From an uncultured Chloroflexia bacterium (GTDB taxonomy: Bacteria > Chloroflexota > Limnocylindria > Limnocylindrales > CSP1-4): a DNA stretch of 64,000 nucleotides. A program made the position numbers and the translations under genes. How positions within the stretch are numbered: position 1 is the stretch's first letter; every line of letters starts with the position of its first letter. The notes under the pieces are model-generated. The model saw only the letters and a list, made by a program, of their open reading frames with translations, had not been told where the DNA came from and ran no database searches. The stretch lies in contig CAWEJO010000011.1 of NCBI GenBank assembly GCA_963809375.1, forward strand, positions 5,028-69,027. Reading direction: 5' to 3'. Below, piece after piece: positions 53,140 through 62,129 of the stretch.

Positions 53140-53350
53140 ACGCCCTCCAGGCCCGCCGATTTCGTCGTCACCTTCTAAGATGCGCGGCGGCACGCGTCGG
53201 TTCACTCGCGAACATGGCAATTCTCGTCGGCGGCAACGGCCCGCGCGGCGCGATCCGGTCCGCGCGGCGGCGCGCCTCGACGTTGCGCCTCGTGGGCCCA
53301 GGGTCTCGGCGACCCGACCCGGCCGATCGCGGTGGGCTACGCTCCCGAGC

Positions 53351-54673
53351 GTGAAGTCGGTACGTCGTTCGCCAGATCCCCTCGGCTCCTGGGACCCGCG
53401 TCCCCTGTGGCAGGCGCAGCTGCCGCCCCAGCCGGACCGCACGGGACGGCAGCTCCCCGAGGTCGTCGACCTCGCGGTGATCGGGGCCGGCCTCGCGGGC
53501 AGCGCGGCGGCCCGCCGGGCGGCCCTCCTGGGGGCCCGGGTCGCGGTGATCGAGGCCGAGCGAGTCGGCTGGGGCGCCTCGTCGCGCAACGGCGGCATCG
53601 TCCATGCCGGGCTCCTGGCTGGCCCGGCCGAGCTCGCGCGGCGCTTCGGGCCGGACGTGGGGCGCGCGATCTTCGCCGAATCGGTGGCCCCGGTCGCCTG
53701 GACCGTGGCCACCCTCGCCGAGGAGGGGATCGAGGCCGACCTGACCCGGAACGGGCACCTCGAGCTCGCCTACGCCCCGTCGCACGCGACGGAGATGGCG
53801 CGCGCGGCGGGCGAGCTGTCGGCCGCCGGCCTGCCGGCGCGGTTCGTGCCGCGCGAGGCCCTGCGTGACGAGGTCGGGACCTCGGCGTACCACGGCGGCC
53901 TCCTCGTCGAAGGATCGGCGGGGCTGCAGCCGGCGAAGTACGTCGCGGGCCTCGCGGCGGCCGCCGAGCGGGCGGGGTCCACCATCCACGAGGGCGTGCG
54001 GGCGCTCCGGATCCGCCGTCAGCGGGATGCCCGGTTCGTCGTGGAGACGTCCGCCGGAGCCGTGCTGGCGAACCAGGTCTTCGTGGCCACGAACGGCTAC
54101 ACCGACGGCGCTGCGCCGGCGCTGCGCCGCCGCATCCTCTCGATCGGCAGCTACATCATCGCGACGGTGCCGCTGTCCGAGGAGCTCGCCCGCGACATCA
54201 GCCCGAAGGGCCGGGTCTTCTTCGACTCCAAGAACTTCCTGTACTACTGGCGCGTCACGCCCGACCGGCGGGTCATCTGGGGCGGCCGCGCGTCGTTCTG
54301 GCCGATGCCGATCGCCAGGGTCGCCCGGATCCTCCACCGCGGGATGCTCGAGGTCCATCCCCAGCTCGCAGGCGTCCGGATCGCACACGCCTGGGGAGGG
54401 CGCCTGGGCTTCACCTTCGACCGGCTCCCGCATGTCGGGCGCGAGGGCGGCATCACCTACGCGATGGGCTGCTGCGGCAGCGGTGTCGGGACGCTCCCGT
54501 ATCTCGGCGATCGGGCCGCCGCGTGGGTTCTCGCCGGCGCGGAGCCGCCCGCGCTCGCCTCGATCGGCTTCCCGCTCGTCCCGGCGCCCTACGAGGGGCG
54601 AGGGTGGTTCCTGCCGGTGGTCGGCGAGTACTTCCGGTTCCGCGACTGGCGGGCGGGACGCGAGACCGGCTGA
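53351..54673 (+). CDS. FAD-dependent oxidoreductase (DAO/glycine-oxidase-like family)
   Basis: From GTG 53351: VVDLAVIGAGLAGSAAARRAALLG (GxGxxG fold), WGASSRNGGIVH, VATNGYTD. Confidence 0.85.
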   Translation: MKSVRRSPDPLGSWDPRPLWQAQLPPQPDRTGRQLPEVVDLAVIGAGLAGSAAARRAALLGARVAVIEAERVGWGASSRNGGIVHAGLLAGPAELARRFGPDVGRAIFAESVAPVAWTVATLAEEGIEADLTRNGHLELAYAPSHATEMARAAGELSAAGLPARFVPREALRDEVGTSAYHGGLLVEGSAGLQPAKYVAGLAAAAERAGSTIHEGVRALRIRRQRDARFVVETSAGAVLANQVFVATNGYTDGAAPALRRRILSIGSYIIATVPLSEELARDISPKGRVFFDSKNFLYYWRVTPDRRVIWGGRASFWPMPIARVARILHRGMLEVHPQLAGVRIAHAWGGRLGFTFDRLPHVGREGGITYAMGCCGSGVGTLPYLGDRAAAWVLAGAEPPALASIGFPLVPAPYEGRGWFLPVVGEYFRFRDWRAGRETG

Positions 54674-54752
54674 CCCTGGGTGCGCCGGCGTCGCGCCATG
54701 GACGCCTGACCCTGGCTGAGCTCGACGGCCAGCGAGCCGCGCGCCGTCGTGC

Positions 54753-56399
54753 TCAGGAGACGCCGGCCTCCGTGGCGGCCGCCGGGGAGAGGCGGCGGAT
54801 CGCCGCGAGGATTCCGTCGACGCTCGCCGGCGTGGCAAGGTAGTTCACGATCCCGGCGCGGAGGTACGTTCGGCCGCGCAGGATCGTCGTCGAGAGCCAG
54901 CCCTCACCGGACCGGTTCAGGGCGGCGCACAGCAGGTCCGCGTAGCGATCGAGGGCGCCGGGGGCGGAGGCCTCGAGCGCCGCCGCCCGGTCGCGCCCGC
55001 CCGGGATGTGGCGGAAGCAGACGACCGACAGGTCGGGCTCGTCGAGCGGGATCGATTCGAGGTCGTCCGATGCCGAGATCCGGCGATGGAGATGCGCGGC
55101 CAGGTCGATGTTCATCTCGACGAGGCGACCGAAGCCAGCCGTCCCGAGGTGCTTCCAGCTCGCCCAGAGCTTGAGCGCCCGGAATTGGCGCGTCCCCTCG
55201 AACGAATAGGCGTACCAGTGGATCGGCTCCTCGCCGGGGGCGCCGTGGCGGTAGTACTCCGGCGAGCGATGGAAGGCCTGGTAGAGGTCGTCGTGGCGCC
55301 GGACGAGCAGGCCGCCGATGTCGTAGGCCTGGAAGAACCACTTGTGCGGGTCGATCGTGATCGAATCCGCCCGGTCGAGGTTCGCGACGCGGCCGGCATC
55401 GCGGGCCGACAGCAGCGCGGCGCCGCCGTAGGCAGCGTCGACGTGGAGCCACAGGCCCTCGGCCGCGGCCACATCGGCAAGCTCGCCGGTCTCGTCGACG
55501 CTCCCGGTGTTCGTCGACCCGGCGACGGCGGCGATGGCGAGGGGCCGCAGGCCCGCGGCGCGGTCGGCCCGGATGGCGTCCGCGACGGGCGCGCCGCAGA
55601 GGCGGAACCGGGCATCCGACGCCACGACCGACAGCGTCTCGGCCGGGAAGCCGAGCAGGTCGAGCGCCTTCGCGACCGAGAAGTGGGCCTGGTCGCTGGC
55701 GTAGACCCGCACGCCCGCAAGTGCGGCTCCCCGCGGCGGGTCCGGGTACGGGGGTACGCCGGCTGCCCGCAGGCGGTCCGGCTCCAGCGCGGCGGTCGGC
55801 GGCAGCCCCGCGCACTCGGCAGCGAGCAGGCGCGCCAGGTGGACGTCCCGGACGACGGTGAGGGCCATCACGTTCGCCATCGTGCCGCCCGACGTCAGGA
55901 CGCCCCAGCTGTCTCGGCCGTACCCGACGAGATCGCACAGCCAGCGATCGACCTCCTCCTCGACGAGCGTCCCGACCGGGCCGGCCTGGTAGACGTCGAT
56001 CCCCTGGTTGAGCCACTGCGCGAGCAGCTCGCCGACGACCGACATGGCGAGGGGCGGGGGCGTGAAGTAGCTGAGCACGCCCGGGTGGTAGGCGTTCAGC
56101 TGGTAGGGCGCCATCCGGCGGGCGAACTCGTCGAGGATCTCCCGCGCCGTCGTCGGCGTGGCGGGGGCGGGCGCGGGCTCGCCGGTCGCGCCGAAGTAGG
56201 CGCTCCGGAGCTCGGCATACGTCTCGGGGCCGAGAGCGCGGCGGACGCCCTGGTCGTACAGGTAGTCGAGGCTGGCCCGCCAGGCGAGCTCGCCGAGCCG
56301 CTCGAGCGCCGCCCGCGAGGCCGCCGCATCGACGATGCCGATGAGCTCGGGCTCGGGGTGCCAGCGGAACGGCGCGAAGGGATCGTCACCGGGGGTCAT
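54753..56399 (-). CDS. Pyridoxal-phosphate-dependent decarboxylase (group II, aromatic/diaminobutyrate decarboxylase-like)
   Basis: 548 aa from the internal ATG of ORF 54753..57644: SGGTMANVMALTVVR, HVDAAYGGAALL, and SITIDPHKWFFQAYDIG with the PLP lysine. Confidence 0.88.
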   Translation of the reverse strand: MTPGDDPFAPFRWHPEPELIGIVDAAASRAALERLGELAWRASLDYLYDQGVRRALGPETYAELRSAYFGATGEPAPAPATPTTAREILDEFARRMAPYQLNAYHPGVLSYFTPPPLAMSVVGELLAQWLNQGIDVYQAGPVGTLVEEEVDRWLCDLVGYGRDSWGVLTSGGTMANVMALTVVRDVHLARLLAAECAGLPPTAALEPDRLRAAGVPPYPDPPRGAALAGVRVYASDQAHFSVAKALDLLGFPAETLSVVASDARFRLCGAPVADAIRADRAAGLRPLAIAAVAGSTNTGSVDETGELADVAAAEGLWLHVDAAYGGAALLSARDAGRVANLDRADSITIDPHKWFFQAYDIGGLLVRRHDDLYQAFHRSPEYYRHGAPGEEPIHWYAYSFEGTRQFRALKLWASWKHLGTAGFGRLVEMNIDLAAHLHRRISASDDLESIPLDEPDLSVVCFRHIPGGRDRAAALEASAPGALDRYADLLCAALNRSGEGWLSTTILRGRTYLRAGIVNYLATPASVDGILAAIRRLSPAAATEAGVS

Positions 56400-56552
56400 G
56401 GGATGCGAGCGTAGCGGAGCGGGCGGCCACGCGTCGCCGCGCGGCGCGGTGCTCCGACCGCCTCGGCGACGGCCCAGCGGACACACGCCGGACGGGACGA
56501 CGGACGCGGCTCTCGACGGACGGCGGCGCGCCGTTCGGCGTATCGTGGCGCG

Positions 56553-57419
56553 GTGCCCAGCCGTGACCGCGGGCGCACCCCGAGGAGATCCGTGACCGAC
56601 GACTCGTCCCTGCATCCCGACGCGCCCGCCGCCAAGCCGGGCACACACACCGCTGCCGAACCGCCCGAACCGGGCGAACCCGCCGCCGCGATACCGCCCC
56701 AGCCCGCCGCCGACGCGCAAGCCGCCGAGCCGCGCGAACCCGCCGCCGCCAGGGGGCCGGCAGCCGAGACCGAACCCGCGGGCGCGGAGGCGCCGGCCGA
56801 AGGCCCGCCTGGGCGAGTCGCGCAGGACGGCGGGCGCCAGATGCCCGAGTACAAGGGCGGCGACCTCGACCCGGCCCGCGGACCGGGGCTCGGGTGCTTC
56901 TGGTTCCAGGCCGCAGTCCTGATCTTCTTCCTGGTCCTCATCCCGGTCGGAATCAGCCTCAGCTGGCCCTACGAGCTGCTGGCGGTGCTCCTCTTCGTCG
57001 TCATCTTCCTGCTCCTGTTCGTGGGCCAGACCGTCATCTTCCTGCTGCGGCTCGTGGCCGCCGACCGGCGCAACGCGGGCGGCCGGCGCCGCCCGCTGGC
57101 GAGCGCGTCCCGGACCGTCGGCGAGCTCGAGGACGTCCAGGCGCCGCTCGGGACGACCGTCGCCCGGACCGTCGACGACGTCGAGGCCGAGCGGATCGCG
57201 CACGCGGCCGCGATCCGCGCCACCGCCGCGGGTCGCACGGCACCTGATCCCGCTCCCGGCCGCCGGGTCGTCGCGCCAGCGCCGACGGGCGACGTGCTGC
57301 CCTCCGCCGCCGATCGGGTCGCGCCGGGCGACAACGCCGACGGGGCTGGCGGTTCGGCCGCGCCCGGCGACGATCCCGACGGAGCCGCCGGTTCGCGCGC
57401 GCCGGGCATGCGACAATAG
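56553..57419 (+). CDS. Membrane protein of unknown function with a P/E/A-rich N-terminus and two TM helices
   Basis: ORF 56553..57419. The hydrophobic core CFWFQAAVLIFFLVLIPVGISLSWPYELLAVLLFVVIFLLLFVGQTVIFLL uses clearly coding-like, lower-GC codons. The start is uncertain (GTG near 56592 is possible). Confidence 0.55.
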   Translation: MPSRDRGRTPRRSVTDDSSLHPDAPAAKPGTHTAAEPPEPGEPAAAIPPQPAADAQAAEPREPAAARGPAAETEPAGAEAPAEGPPGRVAQDGGRQMPEYKGGDLDPARGPGLGCFWFQAAVLIFFLVLIPVGISLSWPYELLAVLLFVVIFLLLFVGQTVIFLLRLVAADRRNAGGRRRPLASASRTVGELEDVQAPLGTTVARTVDDVEAERIAHAAAIRATAAGRTAPDPAPGRRVVAPAPTGDVLPSAADRVAPGDNADGAGGSAAPGDDPDGAAGSRAPGMRQ

Positions 57420-57471
57420 GTACGCCGGGTGCCCGAGGGAGCCCCGGCTCGAGGAGAGGACCAGGAAGGAG

Positions 57472-57807
57472 GTGGGCCGGGTGCCGGTGCTCGCGACGTT
57501 CTTCTCCGTCCGCCGCGGGCGCGATCCGTTCTTCAAGTTCTTCATGCGGACCCTCTTTCCGCGGCAGGTCAAGGAGTACGAGGAGAAGTTCGGGATCCGG
57601 TTCCTGGGCTGGTACAACGTGGCCCACGGCTGGGATTTCGACAACGTGATCCTGCTCGACCTCCCCGACTACGCCACCCTCGACAAGCTCGAAGCCGACG
57701 AAGCCTCGCGGGCCCTCGGGCACCGCGCCGGCGAGTGGATCTTCGAGCGGCATCACTCGATGTTCCTGCGCGAGCGCATGGGGCCCGATCTCGAGTACCA
57801 CGCCTGA
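57472..57807 (+). CDS. Small soluble protein of unknown function (about 108-111 aa; possibly ferredoxin-like/darcynin-like fold)
   Basis: GGAAGGAGG lies immediately upstream, so GTG 57481 may be the true start. The composition is K/F/Y/E-rich and not shadow-like (FFKFFMRTLFPRQVKEYEEKFGIRFLGWYNVAHGWDFDNVILLDLPDYATL). Confidence 0.6.
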   Translation: MGRVPVLATFFSVRRGRDPFFKFFMRTLFPRQVKEYEEKFGIRFLGWYNVAHGWDFDNVILLDLPDYATLDKLEADEASRALGHRAGEWIFERHHSMFLRERMGPDLEYHA

Positions 57808-57853
57808 TGCGCCAGACCCACCCGGCCATGCCCGACCAGAAGGAGGCGCCCGA

Positions 57854-58783
57854 ATGGACGCGAACCGCACAGACCTGCTGAGCGAGCTCGCCCGCGACGC
57901 CGCCCTCGAGCGGTCGGACTTCCTGATCCGCGCCGCGGACCAGCTCCAGAAGTTCATGGATGCCAACGCATCCCGGCTCGCCGAGCTGGGCGGGATGACC
58001 CTGATCGACGACGATCCCGACTACCTGTCGGTCGCGCCCGACCTGACCTTCCGTAGCCGCGCCCGGTTCCTCGACGATGCGACCGGCGAGTGGGTCAGCG
58101 AGACCGAGGTCATCGAGAGCGCCGCCGAGCTGATCGAGCTCTACAACCCGGCCGACATCTACCAGGCGTTCGCCGAGGCGGCGCGCGAGGCCGCGGGCCT
58201 CGGCCCGGAGCCGACGGCCACCGACGATCTGCTCGCCACCGCCGGCGTCGGGCCGGAGACGACTGTCGCGCCCGAAGCAGACAAGGCGTACGCCGACGCC
58301 GCCGACGACTGGGCGGCGACCCACCCAGAGGTCGCCGACGACGAGGGCTCGGCCGCCCACCGCCTGTACGACCTCGCGCTCACGTTCCAGGAGCGCAGCC
58401 AGATCGCCGAGGCCCGCCTCATCGAGCAGTTCGAGACGTCCGCGAGCTCGCTCGCCGACCAGGTGGGCGACCTCATCGTCATCGACGACGACGACGAGCG
58501 GCTCACCCTCACCGGCGCCGGCCGCCTCGTCGCAGAGGTCGTGCCGGAGGGCGAGGAAGGGGAGTGGCGCAAGCTCCAGAGCCCCGAGGAGATCGTCGAG
58601 TTCTACGATCCGACTGATGTCTTCGGCGACATCGCCGACGCCATCGCCGAGGCGTGGCCGGACGTCGCGCCCGAGATGGACGACGACGAGGAAGACGAGG
58701 AGGGCGCCGAGGACGCGGACGGCGAGGCCGAGCCCGGCGAGCCGAGCGAGCCCGGCGACGCAGAGGACGAGGGCAAGCGCTAG
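57854..58783 (+). CDS. Highly acidic protein of unknown function with an internal duplication and a poly-D/E tail
   Basis: Intact 309-aa ORF. Two related segments are present (LIDDDPDYLSV...GEWVSETEVIESAAELIELYNPADIYQAFAEAA and VIDDDDERLTL...GEWRKLQSPEEIVEFYDPTDVFGDIADAI). The tail is DDDEEDEEGAEDADGEAEPGEPSEPGDAEDEGKR. Confidence 0.65.
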   Translation: MDANRTDLLSELARDAALERSDFLIRAADQLQKFMDANASRLAELGGMTLIDDDPDYLSVAPDLTFRSRARFLDDATGEWVSETEVIESAAELIELYNPADIYQAFAEAAREAAGLGPEPTATDDLLATAGVGPETTVAPEADKAYADAADDWAATHPEVADDEGSAAHRLYDLALTFQERSQIAEARLIEQFETSASSLADQVGDLIVIDDDDERLTLTGAGRLVAEVVPEGEEGEWRKLQSPEEIVEFYDPTDVFGDIADAIAEAWPDVAPEMDDDEEDEEGAEDADGEAEPGEPSEPGDAEDEGKR

Positions 58784-58807
58784 CTCGAAGCCGCGCGGCT
58801 CGCCGCG

Positions 58808-59686
58808 ATGCATCTCGTGGACGCCGAGCTCCTGGAGAGCCGGCAGATCCTGCCCGGCCAGTGGCTCCAGCACTTCCATGCGCCCGCCATCGCGGCGAGC
58901 GCACGCGCAGGCCAGTTCGTCCACGTCCGGACAGGGGACTGGTCCGGTCTCGTCCTGCGCCGGCCGTTCACGATCAACACCGCCGATCCGGCGTCGGGCG
59001 CGATCTCGATCCACTTCCGTGAGGTGGGGAAGGGGACGACCTGGCTGGCCCGGATGCGGACCGGCGACCGCCTCGACATGCTCGGGCCGCTGGGGCAGGG
59101 CTTCCAGGTCGACCCGCGGAGCCGGCATCTCCTGCTCGTGGCCGGCGGCCTCGGCATCGCTGACGTCCGGCTCCTCGCCGACGAGGCGCTCCGCGACGGC
59201 CGGGCGGTCGTCCTCCTGTACGGCTGCCGCGGCGCGGCCGAGGTCTACCCGTCGTCGCTCCTCCCGGACGAGATCGAGTACCTCGTCGCAACCGACGACG
59301 GCAGCGTCGGCCACGCCGGGTTCGTCACCGATCTCGTGCTGGAGTACGAGGCCTGGGCCGACCAGGCGTTCGCGTGCGGGCCGGTTCCAATGCTGCGCGT
59401 CCTCGCCGGGCTTGCGGCAGGCAGGCAGGCGCGCCTCGGGGTGGCGACGCTCGGCCGCAAGCGAGGGGCGGGCCGGCCCGTGCCGCCCGGCTCGCGCGAG
59501 GCGCGCCGCAAGGCGTTCCTGCAGGTCGCCATGGAGCAGCACATGGGCTGCGCCGTCGGAGCGTGCCTCGGCTGCGTGGTCTGGGGAGTCGGCGGGCCGC
59601 AGCGCGTCTGCCGCGAGGGTCCTGTCTTTGCGGCCGACGAGATCGAATGGGAGCCGCCGGCGACAGCCGGCACGGGACGGCGATGA
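58808..59686 (+). CDS. pyrK: Dihydroorotate dehydrogenase electron-transfer subunit (FAD/2Fe-2S)
   Basis: RRPFTI (flavin motif), LLLVAGGLGIA, ACGPVPML, and the cluster motif MGCAVGACLGCV...RVCREGPVF. Confidence 0.85.
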   Translation: MHLVDAELLESRQILPGQWLQHFHAPAIAASARAGQFVHVRTGDWSGLVLRRPFTINTADPASGAISIHFREVGKGTTWLARMRTGDRLDMLGPLGQGFQVDPRSRHLLLVAGGLGIADVRLLADEALRDGRAVVLLYGCRGAAEVYPSSLLPDEIEYLVATDDGSVGHAGFVTDLVLEYEAWADQAFACGPVPMLRVLAGLAAGRQARLGVATLGRKRGAGRPVPPGSREARRKAFLQVAMEQHMGCAVGACLGCVVWGVGGPQRVCREGPVFAADEIEWEPPATAGTGRR

Positions 59687-59752
59687 GGGCCAGGAAGCGC
59701 GTCGTCACGGGCAGCCCGGGTCCCATCGACCGCCCGAATTCGGCGGCCCACC

Positions 59753-60907
59753 GTGCGCCGGTTCAAGAGCGCGATCGTGGCCCCTCCGCCAGGCGGGGCC
59801 GGCCGCGGAACCGGCGGCACTGGGATCGCCGCCCCCCCGCCGGCACCCGGACCGGGCGGCCCCGCGCTTGGTTCGAGCGCGGGCAGTCCCGCGCTCAGTC
59901 CGCTCGGCGCTGGCCCGGCCGGGCATGCGGGCCGGGCGACCCATGCGAAGGTTGACCTCTCGGTCGACCTCGGCCGCGGCCTGCGGCTCGCCAACCCGGT
60001 CCTCGTCGCCTCGGGCACGTTCGGGTATGGGGTCGAGTACGCCGACGTCGTCGACGTCGAGGGCCTCGGGGCGATCTGCTGCAAGGGCACGACCCTGAAG
60101 CCGCGAGCCGGCAACCGCCCGCCCCGCGTCACCGAGACGCCGGGGGGCATGCTGAACTCGATCGGCCTGCAGAACCCCGGCGTGGACGCCGTGCTCGAGC
60201 GGTACGCCCCGATCTGGGCGGGCTGGACGGTCCCCGTCATCGTCAACGTGGCCGGCGAATTGATCGACGACTATGTGGCGGTCGTCCGCAAGCTGGAGGA
60301 CGTCGCCGGGATCGCCGGCATCGAGCTCAACATCAGCTGTCCCAACGTCGGGCGGGGCGGCCTGCAGTTCGCGATCGACCAGGATGCGGCGGCCGCCGTG
60401 ACGCGCGCGGTGCGGCGCGCGACCGACCTGCCGCTGATCGTCAAGCTCTCGCCCAACGTCGCCGACGTCCGCCCGATCGCCCGCGCGATCGCCGACGCCG
60501 GGGCCGATGCCCTGTCGGCCATCAACACGCTGTCGGGCATGGCCCTCAACGCCGACCGCTCGGGCCCATTCCTCGGCAACACCTACGGCGGGCTCTCCGG
60601 CCCCGCGATCAAGCCGGTCGCGCTCCGGATCGTCTACGAGGTCTGCCAGGCCGTGGACATCCCGGTCATCGCGATCGGCGGCGTGACGAGCATCGGCGAC
60701 GTGCTCGACTACCTGGCCGCCGGCGCGGTCGCGGTCCAGGTCGGGACCGCGATCTTCGCGGATCCCACGCTCCCCGTCCGGCTCGTCGAGGAGCTTGCCG
60801 CCGAGTGCGCCGGGCGCGGCCTGGACTCGGTGGCGGCCCTCGTCGGGACGGCACTGCCGCGTCGGGCCGCAGCCCCGTCCGCGAAGGGCGTCGAGTACCG
60901 CCCGTGA
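59753..60907 (+). CDS. pyrD: Dihydroorotate dehydrogenase, class 1B catalytic subunit; start uncertain
   Basis: NPVLVASGTFGYG, MLNSIGLQNPG, IELNISCPN, IVKLSPNV, GGLSGPAIKPVAL, IGGV. The first approximately 65 codons are G/P/A-rich with no alternative start visible. Confidence 0.88.
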   Translation: MRRFKSAIVAPPPGGAGRGTGGTGIAAPPPAPGPGGPALGSSAGSPALSPLGAGPAGHAGRATHAKVDLSVDLGRGLRLANPVLVASGTFGYGVEYADVVDVEGLGAICCKGTTLKPRAGNRPPRVTETPGGMLNSIGLQNPGVDAVLERYAPIWAGWTVPVIVNVAGELIDDYVAVVRKLEDVAGIAGIELNISCPNVGRGGLQFAIDQDAAAAVTRAVRRATDLPLIVKLSPNVADVRPIARAIADAGADALSAINTLSGMALNADRSGPFLGNTYGGLSGPAIKPVALRIVYEVCQAVDIPVIAIGGVTSIGDVLDYLAAGAVAVQVGTAIFADPTLPVRLVEELAAECAGRGLDSVAALVGTALPRRAAAPSAKGVEYRP

Positions 60908-61185
60908 TGACATCCCCGTTCGTGGGTGCGTGGGTCGCCTGGCTCGTCGTGATCAACGTGGTCACTGCGGCCGTCTACGCCTGGGACAAGCAGGCGGCGC
61001 GCCGGGGCGCGCGGCGCGTCCCCGAGCGGCGGCTGTGGCTGCTGTGCGCGCTCGGCGGCGTCGTGGGCGCGTGGCTCGTCTTCTTCGGGATGCACCACAA
61101 GACCCGCCACCGCTCGTTCTGGCTCGTGCAGGCTGGCGCCACCGTCGCCCACGGGGCGTTCCTCTGGTGGCTCGTGACCCGGTGA
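60907..61185 (+). CDS. DUF1294 family small membrane protein
   Basis: The ATG overlaps the pyrD stop (TGATG). VVTAAVYAWDKQAARRGARRVPERRLWLLCALGGVVGAWLVFFGMHHKTRHRSF is the typical DUF1294 signature. Confidence 0.75.
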   Translation: MTSPFVGAWVAWLVVINVVTAAVYAWDKQAARRGARRVPERRLWLLCALGGVVGAWLVFFGMHHKTRHRSFWLVQAGATVAHGAFLWWLVTR

Positions 61186-61305
61186 GGCGTGCTCCCATCG
61201 CCCGGCGCAGGCGGGCTCCCATCGCCCGGCGCAGGCGGGCTCCCATCGCCCGGCGCAGGCGTGTTCCCATCGCCCGGCGCAGGCGGGCTCCCATCGCCCG
61301 ACGCG
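61186..61305. repeat. Tandem repeat, 24-nt unit GGGCTCCCATCGCCCGGCGCAGGC, 5 copies (1-3 substitutions in the outer and fourth copies)
   Basis: Read directly: CTCCCATCG recurs at 61192, 61216, 61240, 61264 (as TTCCCATCG) and 61288. The repeat starts right after the DUF1294 stop and ends about 45 nt before pyrE. Confidence 0.9.
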
Positions 61306-61337
61306 GCCGTGGCCACTGCCCCACTGCCCGACCGGCC

Positions 61338-61343
61338 TAGAAT
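61338..61343 (+). promoter_or_regulatory. Candidate -10 box TAGAAT for a leaderless pyrE transcript
   Basis: TAGAAT lies 7 nt upstream of ATG 61351, and no Shine-Dalgarno-like sequence lies between them. This is the TANNNT geometry typical of actinobacterial leaderless mRNAs. Confidence 0.3.
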
Positions 61344-61350
61344 CCCGTTC

Positions 61351-62030
61351 ATGACGACGATCCGCCGCTCCCTCGAGGTGGCCGCCCGGGCGGCCGTGGC
61401 CCAGCGCACCGAGGCCCTCTTCGCGCAGGCCGGAGCGCTCAAGGAGGGCCACTTCCTGCTCAAGTCCGGCCGCCACAGCGAGCGCTACCTCGAGAAGTTC
61501 CTGCTGCTCCAGGACCCGGCCGTGACCAGCGAGCTGTGCGGGTTCTGGGCCGCCGCCGCCCGTGGGAGCGACGGGAAGCCGCTCGTCGACGTGGTGGCCG
61601 GGCCGACGACCGGCGGGATCGTGCTGGCGTTCGAGACCGCCCGCCAGCTCGGCGTGCGCGGCATCTTCGCCGAGGAGGTCCGGGCAGGGACGGCTCGACC
61701 CGCCGCGAGTTCCGGCGCGGGTTCCGCATCGCGCCGGGCGAGCGCGTCCTGCTTGTCGACGACATCCTCACGACGGGCGGCTCGCTGCTCGCGATGCTGC
61801 CGGCGGTCGAGGCGGCGGGTGGCGAGATCGTGGGGTGCTTCGTGATGGCCGACCGGTCCGGCGGCACGGCCGTCCTCGCGTCGCCGGTCACCGGGCGGCG
61901 CTACTCGGTGGACGGGCTGTGGCAGCTGGAGATCCCGACCTTCGAGCCGGGGCCCGCCTCCTGCCCCCGCTGCGCCGACGGCACGCCGCTCCATGCTCCG
62001 GGCAGCACCGGGACGACGGCCGCAGGCTAG
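61351..62030 (+). pseudogene. pyrE: Orotate phosphoribosyltransferase, one frame break near 61700
   Basis: GHFLLKSGRHSERYLEKF...VAGPTTGGIVLAFE is in ORF 61189..61845. After IFAEEVR the protein continues RREFRRGFRIAPGERVLLVDDILTTGGS (PRPP motif) in ORF 61536..62030. Confidence 0.88.
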
Positions 62031-62129
62031 CGCGACGACCCGCCCGGGGAGCCCGGCGCGTCGCCGAGGCGCGTCCGCACCTGTGAGACGGGCATTCGCG
62101 ACCCGGCGGAGCTTCCGGAGCCGGCAGCC

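Noticed and set aside
53351-56399. The DAO-type flavoprotein plus PLP decarboxylase as a two-gene amine/siderophore pathway
   Set aside because: The genes are convergent (separate transcripts). No further pathway genes (monooxygenase, acyltransferase, synthetase) are adjacent. Association by proximity alone is not supportable.
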